Positions 26,350-33,846 of a DNA stretch of 42,930 nucleotides are shown here, in pieces. Every line of letters begins with the position of its first letter. The stretch's first letter is position 1. Origin of the DNA: a virus (Duplodnaviria > Caudoviricetes); the IMG/VR virus record IMGVR_UViG_3300007346_000055, positions 1 through 42,930 of that record. The stretch is one strand, 5' to 3'. Below the pieces are notes generated by a model. The model did not search any database. It was not told the origin of the DNA and saw nothing but the letters and a program-made list of their open reading frames with translations. The translations under genes were made by a program, and so were the position numbers.

Positions 26350-27057
26350 TCAAAACCTTGTATATCCGTGTTCTAGATAAAATACATATTCTTCTTTAAA
26401 AATATCATAAAGTTGATTAGCTATTTTAGTTATTTTAGGAGTTTTAGCATCAACCATTTCACGGATATAAATGTAAAGTGCTTTTTTATTAAAAATATCT
26501 ATATCTTCTCTTTTTCTAAATAATTCTAAGATGGCGTCTGCTATTTGAGCATCTTCACCTTTTGGAAATAATTCAAAAATATGTTTTGTACAATAAGCTG
26601 TATAAATGTCTATAAAGTCTGAAAGTTTTTCTATTTGAGGTGAATCATCTATTGAGTAAGAATGTGTTTCATCTTCTTCAATTACAGACACAGGGGCGGT
26701 TTCAATTCGTTTTTTATAATTTTTCTGGTTTGAAAGAATTAAATAACGTTTTACAATAGTACCAAAATAAGAATAAGCTTTAGCTCCCTTATCAGGATTA
26801 AATAAATGGATTTTGCTTAAAAGAAATGAAATACATTCAAATTGTAAGTCTTCAATATTATCTACTTCTGTATAATAGAATTTAAAAGTATGAATAATAT
26901 TTTCTGTTAATTTAAAAAAAGCATAATGGATACGCTCATGATAAATTTTGTTTTTTTCTTCAAAAGTAGTAGCATTATTGTAAGCTACAATTGCGTCTTC
27001 TGTGTCTTGGGTAAAGTATTGTACTCCTTTTTTCTTTTTAGCCATTACAAGGGTCAT
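26350..27057 (-). CDS. Phage sigma factor (sigma70 region 2-like, probable late sigma)
   Basis: EDLQFECISFLLSKIHLFNPDKGAKAYSYFGTIVKRYL matches the region-2 D..Q...FDP.KG..F..Y pattern. Confidence 0.75.
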   Translation of the reverse strand: MTLVMAKKKKGVQYFTQDTEDAIVAYNNATTFEEKNKIYHERIHYAFFKLTENIIHTFKFYYTEVDNIEDLQFECISFLLSKIHLFNPDKGAKAYSYFGTIVKRYLILSNQKNYKKRIETAPVSVIEEDETHSYSIDDSPQIEKLSDFIDIYTAYCTKHIFELFPKGEDAQIADAILELFRKREDIDIFNKKALYIYIREMVDAKTPKITKIANQLYDIFKEEYVFYLEHGYTRF

Positions 27058-27329
27058 AAGTTTTTGATTTTAAATTGATTCAAAACATCTTGAATCATTT
27101 TTACTTGTACAAAAAACCAACCAATTTCATCATCAGCTTCAAATAACCCTTTATCATCAACTTCTTTTAACTTTTTATCAGATATATCAATAATATCTGA
27201 AATTTTATTTAGGTAAGTTAAATAAGAAGCAAGAATGTCTTCTTGTCTTTCATTTTTTTTAAGAAGGTTAAAGGTCGTGTATCCTAAGACCACGACCATT
27301 ATTGAAAGAATTGTAATTATTAATATCAT
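27054..27329 (-). CDS. Single-pass membrane protein
   Basis: N-terminal hydrophobic helix MILIITILSIMVVVLGY. Confidence 0.75.
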   Translation of the reverse strand: MILIITILSIMVVVLGYTTFNLLKKNERQEDILASYLTYLNKISDIIDISDKKLKEVDDKGLFEADDEIGWFFVQVKMIQDVLNQFKIKNL

Positions 27330-28114
27330 AAACTATCTAACATATTTTTAAGTCCTTCACTTTTTAAATTACTTAAAGCTTTAGACTTAGTACCTGATGT
27401 TGCAGGTTGTGATTTTTTATTAGTCTCCAATGTAAATGATTTCTTTGAGGTATCCAAGTTACCTTGCAATTTAGGTAACCATTCACGTTCAAATTCAATA
27501 CGAGCAGCCATTAAATCAGCCTGATGAACAATGTAAGGTAAAGATGTTCTGGGTTTAGTCTCTGGCATATATGTCATTAAATATTTTTCATTAGCTTTAT
27601 CATATAAACCATCATGGGTCTGAATAGCTACCATTTCATTGAAAGTATATTTAATATCATGAGACTGAAGTAAATAAAGACCTCTATCAGGAACAGAAGC
27701 AAATGCTAAAGCATCATTAAATTTATAATCTTCCCCTAATTTTTCTCGTCTCCAATTATCAGTCTGGGGGATATAAGAGTCATGATTTTCATCTCCTAAT
27801 TTACCTAAGTCATGATTAAGGGCAGAGAATACAAGTTCTTCTTTAGTATAAGTACTAATATCAGCTCCCATTTGAGCCCATAAGTCATGAAGATGAAGAG
27901 CACAAGTGATAACTCTATTAACATGTTCTACATAACCTCCTGGGAAGGCATTATGATATTCTTTTTTATGAGCAGCAGGCATAAGCATAATTCTTTCAGC
28001 ATACTTTTCATAAAATTCAATTAATTTAGTTTTACGAGGTTCAGAGATATGATCTTCAATAAAACCTAGTAACTGCATCCAGTTACTTTGTATTTCCTCA
28101 GCTGTTAATTTCAT
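27326..28114 (-). CDS. HD-domain phosphohydrolase (YhaM-like)
   Basis: PAA..YHNAFPGGYVEH, HDLGK, HDG, HQAD. Confidence 0.85.
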   Translation of the reverse strand: MKLTAEEIQSNWMQLLGFIEDHISEPRKTKLIEFYEKYAERIMLMPAAHKKEYHNAFPGGYVEHVNRVITCALHLHDLWAQMGADISTYTKEELVFSALNHDLGKLGDENHDSYIPQTDNWRREKLGEDYKFNDALAFASVPDRGLYLLQSHDIKYTFNEMVAIQTHDGLYDKANEKYLMTYMPETKPRTSLPYIVHQADLMAARIEFEREWLPKLQGNLDTSKKSFTLETNKKSQPATSGTKSKALSNLKSEGLKNMLDSL

Positions 28115-28292
28115 TTGATCCTAATGGTTCTTGATTTAAAAAAACTTTAGCGTCATCAATAGCTTCACGTAAAGTAACTAATACTTCCTTTACATCTTCT
28201 TGACTACCACCACGTTGGAGGAAGAAATACAGTTTCTCAATCTGTCCCTCAGCTTTCTCCAAACGTCTCATTATAATATTCCTATTTTTCAT
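28098..28292 (-). CDS. Hypothetical protein
   Basis: 64-aa helical ORF overlapping the start of the HD gene. Confidence 0.65.
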   Translation of the reverse strand: MKNRNIIMRRLEKAEGQIEKLYFFLQRGGSQEDVKEVLVTLREAIDDAKVFLNQEPLGSNEINS

Positions 28293-28413
28293 ATATGTCT
28301 ATCATTTGTCCCCCTTATTCATCCCCCATCTTATCCCCTGTCTCTCATCCATCTTTCCTCAGTCTCAAAACCCCACATATCGAATAATAATAAAAACTTT
28401 TTTGGAGGCCAAA

Positions 28414-28845
28414 TTATCCTTGAATTTTCTTTACTTCATCTAAAATTTTCTTCAAATGAGCGCATTTTTCATATTCTTCTTTTTCCTGAAAGTATGAAAT
28501 AGTCTCTTTTAAAGATTTTTCTAGAGTAGTATCTAATATGAAATTAATTGATTCTTTATGAGTATCCAAGTTAGGATCAAATTTTGAAGCATAGTACCAA
28601 GCTCTTTCATAAGCAAGATCATCACCTACCAGGTCTAAATCTCCTAATTCTAATTCTGGGTCTGACTTTTCTAGGAATGAAACTATTTTCCTTTTAAATA
28701 GCTTATGATTTTGTATTAATTTTTTAAACATGCCTAACCAGTAAGCAGGATGTTCTTTAAAATCAACAAATACAATTTGTGTATCTTCTTTTATTTTATT
28801 TTCAGAACCGGAGTCAAATAAGTTAAATATCTTATTTATGTCCAT
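28414..28845 (-). CDS. Protein with C-terminal UVR (UvrB/UvrC) motif
   Basis: EEYEKCAHLKKIL. Start moved to MDINKIF (28845) because the upstream ATG lies inside the promoter-like motif. Confidence 0.65.
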   Translation of the reverse strand: MDINKIFNLFDSGSENKIKEDTQIVFVDFKEHPAYWLGMFKKLIQNHKLFKRKIVSFLEKSDPELELGDLDLVGDDLAYERAWYYASKFDPNLDTHKESINFILDTTLEKSLKETISYFQEKEEYEKCAHLKKILDEVKKIQG

Positions 28846-28851
28846 ATATCC

Positions 28852-28859
28852 ATACATAT
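28852..28859 (-). promoter_or_regulatory. Late-promoter variant ATATGTAT
   Basis: One mismatch to ATATTTAT; the same variant precedes the plus-strand gene at 31046. Confidence 0.4.
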
Positions 28860-28943
28860 AGGCGCCATAAAAAAGTTATATAGCGCCTATATTAAACTAC
28901 CCTACGAGGGTCGATAAATTGTACGAAAAGTTATTTTAGGAGG

Positions 28944-29825
28944 TTATAGACCAAGTAACATATCAATAAGTTCTGGTTGAGGAAACATATCAACTTTGTC
29001 TTTTCTAGTATTAGTATGTGTCCACAAACCTTTTACTTTACCATAGTAAGCATCAGCATTCCATTCGAATGCTTCAGCACCTTTTTCTTTAACCAAATCA
29101 GGTAAACCTGCTCTTACATCAATATTGTCTCTTTCGGCAATCCATAAAATCCACTTATGTAAAGCTTCAATTTGAGCATCTGAGTAACGATGCCAAATTT
29201 TATGTCCTCTAAACTCTTTAGCTAGTGTTACTGTTTGGGATTCAACAACTGGGGTTCCTTGGTATGCTTTTCCGTTAACAACATATCCAAAGTTACATAC
29301 TTCAATACCAACTGAATTTATATGCATTTTTTGGGAGCCATTTGCTCCTAAATGCCAACCATAATTTCCTTGGGGAAATGCTTGAACCATTTCTCCATCG
29401 TATTTGTCATCATTTCCTTTAATTGAAGGACCACCTAATACAAATTCAGTAGCAATAGCACCTCTAGTATCCTTACCCCAATTATCAATTGTTTGGTATG
29501 GATTATGCCAACCTGCTGTGTGGTGTAAGAATACCCATTCAGCTTTAATAGGACCTTGTTTATATTCACCTACAGGTAAAAAGTGTCTATTAATTACTAA
29601 ACCATTATCTGTAGTATAAACTTTCTCAGAAGCATCTGTAGTGGCTAATCCCATAGCATCCCAAGTTTTAGGACCTACAATACCATCAACTATTAAACCA
29701 TTTGCTAATTGCCATTTTTTAACAGCGGCTTCTGTTTTTGGGCCAAAATCACCATCAGCACTAATTCCTAAAAATTCTTGAAGTTCCTTAACTTCTTTAC
29801 CTTGTAAACCTAATTTGAGTAACAT
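28944..29825 (-). CDS. Endolysin: peptidoglycan-binding domain plus N-acetylmuramoyl-L-alanine amidase
   Basis: ADGDFGPKTEAAVKKWQ...DGIVGPKT (PG_binding_1); LHHTAG, SVGIEVCN, HTNTRKDKVD (Amidase_2). Confidence 0.92.
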   Translation of the reverse strand: MLLKLGLQGKEVKELQEFLGISADGDFGPKTEAAVKKWQLANGLIVDGIVGPKTWDAMGLATTDASEKVYTTDNGLVINRHFLPVGEYKQGPIKAEWVFLHHTAGWHNPYQTIDNWGKDTRGAIATEFVLGGPSIKGNDDKYDGEMVQAFPQGNYGWHLGANGSQKMHINSVGIEVCNFGYVVNGKAYQGTPVVESQTVTLAKEFRGHKIWHRYSDAQIEALHKWILWIAERDNIDVRAGLPDLVKEKGAEAFEWNADAYYGKVKGLWTHTNTRKDKVDMFPQPELIDMLLGL

Positions 29826-30040
29826 TATTCTTCGTTTTTAGATTTTGGAACAAATTTTTCAACAACAGTACCAAATACAGTTGCTATTGTTAAATATTCT
29901 ACAGCTGCGATTGCCTCTTCTTTATGAGTTTCTTTACACGTAAATAAAAATATTACTAATGAAATGAAACCAATGGTACCAAGCACACGTTTGTGCGAGG
30001 TACCTTCGTTATTAGCAAACATGGCTTTTAAAAAGTTCAT
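29825..30040 (-). CDS. Holin-like small membrane protein
   Basis: Two hydrophobic segments and a charged C-terminus; TAATG-coupled to the endolysin. Confidence 0.6.
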   Translation of the reverse strand: MNFLKAMFANNEGTSHKRVLGTIGFISLVIFLFTCKETHKEEAIAAVEYLTIATVFGTVVEKFVPKSKNEE

Positions 30041-30055
30041 AGTTTATTTTTTAAT

Positions 30056-30124
30056 TTAACAAGCACAGCAAGGGCAGCTACATGATGTACTGCACCCGCA
30101 TATTATACAATTACATTTACTCAT
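30056..30124 (-). CDS. Cys-rich metallothionein-like micropeptide (22 aa)
   Basis: Manual translation: MSKCNCIICGCSTSCSCPCCAC* (9 Cys). A-rich leader; fills the intergenic gap. Confidence 0.65.
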   Translation of the reverse strand: MSKCNCIICGCSTSCSCPCCAC

Positions 30125-30134
30125 TTTTTTGATA

Positions 30135-30347
30135 TTATTTTTTGATTAAAGATTTAACCCATGCTTTAAAGATATCCCAGTTACGAGTAGCAAATACTCC
30201 AAATGAGAATCCAGCCCAAATCTTATAACCAAAAGCCCATAAGAATAAACCGGCGATTAAACCAGCTATACCCTCAACACCATTTTTTACGACCCAGGTT
30301 TTGCAAACTAGGTAAATTTTTTTAATAAAATCTAATGCTTTTTTCAT
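30135..30347 (-). CDS. Small membrane protein (lysis cassette)
   Basis: Hydrophobic core GIAGLIAGLFLWAFG..WAGFSFGVF with basic termini. Confidence 0.7.
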   Translation of the reverse strand: MKKALDFIKKIYLVCKTWVVKNGVEGIAGLIAGLFLWAFGYKIWAGFSFGVFATRNWDIFKAWVKSLIKK

Positions 30348-30369
30348 AATTAATAATTTTAATGTGATA

Positions 30370-30377
30370 ATAAATAT
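30370..30377 (-). promoter_or_regulatory. Putative late promoter of the lysis cassette
   Basis: ATATTTAT directly after a terminator. Confidence 0.55.
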
Positions 30378-30417
30378 AAAAAGAAAGGGGGATCTGTGAT
30401 TTCACTCACAAATCCCC
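30378..30417 (-). terminator. Rho-independent terminator of the tRNA-Arg/tRNA-Ile unit
   Basis: GGGGATTTGTGA-GTGAAA-TCACAGATCCCC then CTTTCTTTTT. Confidence 0.8.
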
Positions 30418-30445
30418 TTGCCATAGCTACAACATCTGACTGCGG

Positions 30446-30519
30446 TGGACCTTATAGGGCTTGAACCTATGACCTTCGCATTATGAGTGCGCTGCTCTGA
30501 CCAACTGAGCTAAAGGTCC
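30446..30519 (-). tRNA. trnI: tRNA with CAT anticodon, most likely tRNA-Ile2 (lysidine)
   Basis: GGACCTTTAGCTCAGTTGGTCAGAGCA..CTCATAA..GGTTCAAG..AAGGTCCA. The acceptor stem resembles bacterial Ile2 rather than Met; no encoded CCA. Confidence 0.8.
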
Positions 30520-30524
30520 TAAAT

Positions 30525-30910
30525 AAAGGAGTTCATTAACGGGTTTAACTTAATTTAATTAAAAGTATTCCTTTCCAAGTGATTTCTTTAAAAAGTCTAC
30601 TTTGCGATTTATTTCATCTAATTCCTTAAATAAAACATCATTTAATTTATCTACTCGAGAATCTATTTTACGATTTACATCATCAATGTTTCTATGAAAG
30701 TCATATTCTCTATCATTTAGATCTCTTTGAAGATTATCAATACTTCGTTCAACTTCACGTATTTGTTCTACGCATTTGCTAACTTGTTTTGCTGACTTAA
30801 GTACCACATAAACCAATACGATTGTACTGACCAACATAATACCTAAACCAAAAGCTAAAATAATTTCCATAATTTTTTCCTTTCTTTTTAATATGTCAAA
30901 GAACTCCTTT
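30525..30910. repeat. 16-bp imperfect inverted repeat (30525-30540 / 30895-30910) bracketing the gene between two tRNAs
   Basis: aaaggagttcattaac versus the reverse complement aaaggagttctttgac, 14/16 identical. Confidence 0.75.
30559..30870 (-). CDS. N-terminal TM plus coiled-coil protein
   Basis: IILAFGLGIMLVSTIVLVYVVL followed by a heptad-rich charged region. Confidence 0.75.
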   Translation of the reverse strand: MEIILAFGLGIMLVSTIVLVYVVLKSAKQVSKCVEQIREVERSIDNLQRDLNDREYDFHRNIDDVNRKIDSRVDKLNDVLFKELDEINRKVDFLKKSLGKEYF

Positions 30911-30911
30911 G

Positions 30912-30985
30912 TGATCCCAACAGGGGTCGAACCTGTAACCTGCTGCTTAGAAGGCAGCTGCTCTATCCAATTGAGCTATGAGATC
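30912..30985 (-). tRNA. trnR: tRNA-Arg(TCT)
   Basis: Cloverleaf with anticodon arm GCTGC-CTTCTAA-GCAGC and T-loop GGTTCGA. Confidence 0.95.
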
Positions 30986-30991
30986 ATGTTA

Positions 30992-31023
30992 TTAATATAA
31001 ATTACTTTCTTTAAAAAGCCAAA
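30992..31023 (-). promoter_or_regulatory. Bacteroidota-type promoter for tRNA-Arg unit
   Basis: TTTG-N20-TATATTAA. Confidence 0.7.
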
Positions 31024-31045
31024 TATGTATAATAAAATATTAACT

Positions 31046-31513
31046 ATGGCTCAATACGCAATTACTTACGCTCCAAACTATAATGGAGGATCAGAACCAG
31101 TAAATACAAGCAGAACAGGAAGTTTCCGTATAGGAGCTTTAGCAGCTGGACCTTGGAATCAAACAGTACCTCAAAGTACTACTAATACTTTATTCTGTGC
31201 AAGTCCAAATGATACATCAGCTTACATAATCGCTTTACCTAATCCAAGTCCATCTCCTTCTAGCCCATGGAGTGGTTTAGATGCTCCTCAATTTTGGCAA
31301 TCAGTTAATCCATTAACAGGTGCTCCTCAAAAAAATGATGCTGCTTTTATAAACATATGTGATTATATATTAAAAAATTATAGCACATCTGGCAATCCTG
31401 TTGATCCTGGTACCTATGAAGCTATTAATCCAGCAGGATGTACTACTGTCTCTGAGTGTCAAACTAGAATAGATACCGCAGGATGGCAATCATATAACTG
31501 GTTAGCTCCTTAA
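31046..31513 (+). CDS. Hypothetical protein, possibly virion-associated; the only convincing plus-strand gene
   Basis: Start taken at MAQYAITY; ATATGTAT at 31023-31030 upstream and a terminator downstream; Pro/Ser/Thr/Asn-rich with low charge. Confidence 0.75.
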   Translation: MAQYAITYAPNYNGGSEPVNTSRTGSFRIGALAAGPWNQTVPQSTTNTLFCASPNDTSAYIIALPNPSPSPSSPWSGLDAPQFWQSVNPLTGAPQKNDAAFINICDYILKNYSTSGNPVDPGTYEAINPAGCTTVSECQTRIDTAGWQSYNWLAP

Positions 31514-31525
31514 ACTATAATATAC

Positions 31526-31560
31526 AAAAAAGAAACCCGAGCTTTCACTCGGGTTTTTTT
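31526..31560. terminator. Bidirectional terminator
   Basis: A-tract, AAACCCGAG-CTTTCA-CTCGGGTTT, T-tract, between convergent units. Confidence 0.85.
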
Positions 31561-31621
31561 ATGCTTAGGTGGGTCGCTTTGCATGGGAACCTAAACATAT
31601 CTTTTTCTGTCTTCAGTGGCG

Positions 31622-31706
31622 CGGAGAGAGAGGGATTCGAACCCCCGGACCTGTTACAGTCATCAGTTTTCAAGACTGGCGCATTCGACCGCTCTGCCAT
31701 CTCTCC
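31622..31706 (-). tRNA. trnS: tRNA-Ser(TGA)
   Basis: GGAGAGA acceptor stem, CTTGAAA anticodon loop, long variable arm, G discriminator. Confidence 0.95.
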
Positions 31707-31710
31707 TGTG

Positions 31711-31783
31711 AGCCACAAGACGGACTCGAACCGCCGACCATCTGATTACAAATCAGAAGCTCTACCAACTGAGCTATTGTGGC
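31711..31783 (-). tRNA. trnT: tRNA-Thr(TGT)
   Basis: GCCACAA acceptor stem; TCTGA-TTTGTAA-TCAGA anticodon arm. Confidence 0.95.
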
Positions 31784-31792
31784 TTATTTTTG

Positions 31793-31866
<74 letters not shown>

Positions 31867-31915
31867 AACATTGGTAATTTAATAAATTAAAGAACGAACT
31901 ACGTGAGTCTCCTAG

Positions 31916-32001
31916 TACTGCTGGCCGGGATCGAACCGGCACGACCTTTTCGGGTCACGGGATTTTAAGTCCCGCGTGTCTACCTATTCCACCACAACAG
32001 C
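31916..32001 (-). tRNA. trnL: tRNA-Leu(TAA)
   Basis: CGGGA-CTTAAAA-TCCCG anticodon arm, long variable arm, GGTTCGA T-loop. Confidence 0.95.
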
Positions 32002-32007
32002 ATATTT

Positions 32008-32217
32008 TTATAGAGCAACATCCCATTCATCTGCTCCTACTTGTAGACATTCTAGAAGTGATGCTTTTGGAAATTCCTCTTTATGTTTGAAGGCTGAATA
32101 TATGACTTCAAGCTGCAAATTATAAAAATCTGCTCGAGCTAAGATCTTATCACATTTATCGTTTACGATTGCTTCTTGGAGTGCTTGTTCATTCATGATA
32201 TTCATACCTTCATCCAT
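32008..32217 (-). CDS. Hypothetical protein
   Basis: ORF between its own promoter and tRNA-Leu. Confidence 0.65.
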   Translation of the reverse strand: MDEGMNIMNEQALQEAIVNDKCDKILARADFYNLQLEVIYSAFKHKEEFPKASLLECLQVGADEWDVAL

Positions 32218-32223
32218 ATGTCG

Positions 32224-32255
32224 TTAATATAATGATCTGGCTCTTAAGAAACAAA
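32224..32255 (-). promoter_or_regulatory. Bacteroidota-type promoter
   Basis: TTTG-N20-TATATTAA. Confidence 0.65.
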
Positions 32256-33044
32256 CTCAAGTGCCAAATCATACAACTTCTCATTCAATTCTAGATCTTT
32301 ATTAAAGTTTTTAATTTTACGAGCTTTACGAGTCTTAGTACCGTATTTGTAACTGAACTCACCATGAATCAATTTTTCTTGAATTACATTATAAATTGAC
32401 CACAAATCAGATCCTTGATCTTCTTTACGTTTTGCAGTCAACAAATCATTCAAATCAACCTCAATACGTTCTACTTCATCTTCATTGAAACGACATTTCA
32501 AAGCATCTTCAGCGAACTTAAGTGCTTGTTCTTGGTTCAATTCAACCTCACGGAACTTGTTAAGTGACTCAACTGTCAAAGGCAATTTCTCAACCATTGA
32601 CTTAATTGTGTTTTGCAACTCATTAAAATCATAACCCATATGGCGGATTTTCATTTTACCAAATTCAGTGGTTGAAATAACCAAACCGTTTTCACAAACC
32701 ATACGGAACAAACCAGCTGTGAAAGTAAAGGCATTTTTTCCATCATGTGAATTAGTCAACAAAATTTGAGGAAAAACATTATCACCATCTTCAGCGGTAA
32801 TTTGAATGTCATTGTTTCGGAACACAATAAGGTGTTTTTGGAAACCTTCGTTTTTACGAGCTTTAACTTGTTTAGCATCAACTACTCCCCAACCAAGAGC
32901 AGCCATGTCATCAATAATTTTTTCAGTTGGAATGTGTGAATACTTTTCACTTGTTTCTGGAGCGCCTTTAGTAGTGAAAATTGAATTGGCGCGAGTGCGA
33001 ATTTCGTCTTTGTTTAGGAACTGATTGTTTTTAATGTCTAACAT
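32244..33044 (-). CDS. DUF932/DUF945-family protein
   Basis: SEKYSHIPT, NSHDGK..F..GLFRMVCENG, LWSIYNVIQE. Confidence 0.85.
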   Translation of the reverse strand: MLDIKNNQFLNKDEIRTRANSIFTTKGAPETSEKYSHIPTEKIIDDMAALGWGVVDAKQVKARKNEGFQKHLIVFRNNDIQITAEDGDNVFPQILLTNSHDGKNAFTFTAGLFRMVCENGLVISTTEFGKMKIRHMGYDFNELQNTIKSMVEKLPLTVESLNKFREVELNQEQALKFAEDALKCRFNEDEVERIEVDLNDLLTAKRKEDQGSDLWSIYNVIQEKLIHGEFSYKYGTKTRKARKIKNFNKDLELNEKLYDLALEFVS

Positions 33045-33070
33045 AACTCTTATTTTTTATTATTATACTA

Positions 33071-33102
33071 TAAATATAGCATAAGGTTCCTGGTAAGCCA
33101 AA
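33071..33102 (-). promoter_or_regulatory. Bacteroidota-type early promoter
   Basis: TTTG(GC)-N20-TATATTTA. Confidence 0.75.
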
Positions 33103-33132
33103 CCTTCATCAACCCTCTCCCAAAAGAGGTTT

Positions 33133-33369
33133 TTAAGCGTTTTTTAAATATAAAATAAAGTCGTCTATAACTGCCTTATCACGTGTATTAGCACGGGAGT
33201 AAACTTCTGACAAGAGCGTCATTCCATCTGTTTTAGACTCTAATATAAGTTTTTTGACGGGTTTAAGTACGTTCTCATTGATTATGTAGGCATCATCACT
33301 ATCATAATCATAAGAATCACTTAAATATAAGTCAATATACTTATTTAACTCACCTTTTGACAATTTCAT
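33133..33369 (-). CDS. Hypothetical protein
   Basis: 78-aa ORF overlapping the upstream gene; INE and ILE sites. Confidence 0.65.
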   Translation of the reverse strand: MKLSKGELNKYIDLYLSDSYDYDSDDAYIINENVLKPVKKLILESKTDGMTLLSEVYSRANTRDKAVIDDFILYLKNA

Positions 33370-33832
33370 AAATTACTTTTTTAATATGTTTAATAAATTC
33401 TTGTACTTTTTCAACTTGTTTATTTAACCAAGATAATCTTTCTCCCATTCTCTTTCCATCCATTGGACTTTCAGTGTTTTCATCTGGAATGAATTTTTTT
33501 AATGGTTTCATATATTCACTTCCTGTTAAGAAAACAAACTTATCAGACTCAGGAGATACTCCCATTTTGCCCATCTGTCCTTTTACCATATCGCCCCATT
33601 TATCTTTCTCATCAGCTTTCATATTTTTGAGAGTTAAATCATAAGGTTCAATCTGTTTATCCATAGGTAACAAACCATATTTAGCAGACAAAATAAACAT
33701 TTTATCAGGTTTAAGTGCTTCTCCATATGCCTTTGTTTTCTGAAACATAGGAGAAGGAGAGTACATATCTTTAGCAGGACATGGTTTATCTAATTTAGAT
33801 TTGGTACAACTTAAAAGTACAATCTTTGCCAT
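33350..33832 (-). CDS. DUF6884-like protein
   Basis: LLSCTKSK..PAKDMY..F..ILSAKYGL..IEPYD motif set. Confidence 0.7.
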   Translation of the reverse strand: MAKIVLLSCTKSKLDKPCPAKDMYSPSPMFQKTKAYGEALKPDKMFILSAKYGLLPMDKQIEPYDLTLKNMKADEKDKWGDMVKGQMGKMGVSPESDKFVFLTGSEYMKPLKKFIPDENTESPMDGKRMGERLSWLNKQVEKVQEFIKHIKKVIYEIVKR

Positions 33833-33837
33833 ATATT

Positions 33838-33845
33838 ATAAATAT
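33838..33845 (-). promoter_or_regulatory. Putative late promoter ATATTTAT
   Basis: Octamer 5 nt upstream of ATG 33832. Confidence 0.55.
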
Positions 33846-33846
33846 G

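Noticed and set aside
31561-31598. Small hairpin (ATGTTTAGGT...ACCTAAGCAT on the minus strand) as an ncRNA gene
   Set aside because: It is a single 10-bp stem in a tRNA trailer next to a terminator, too little to call an RNA gene.
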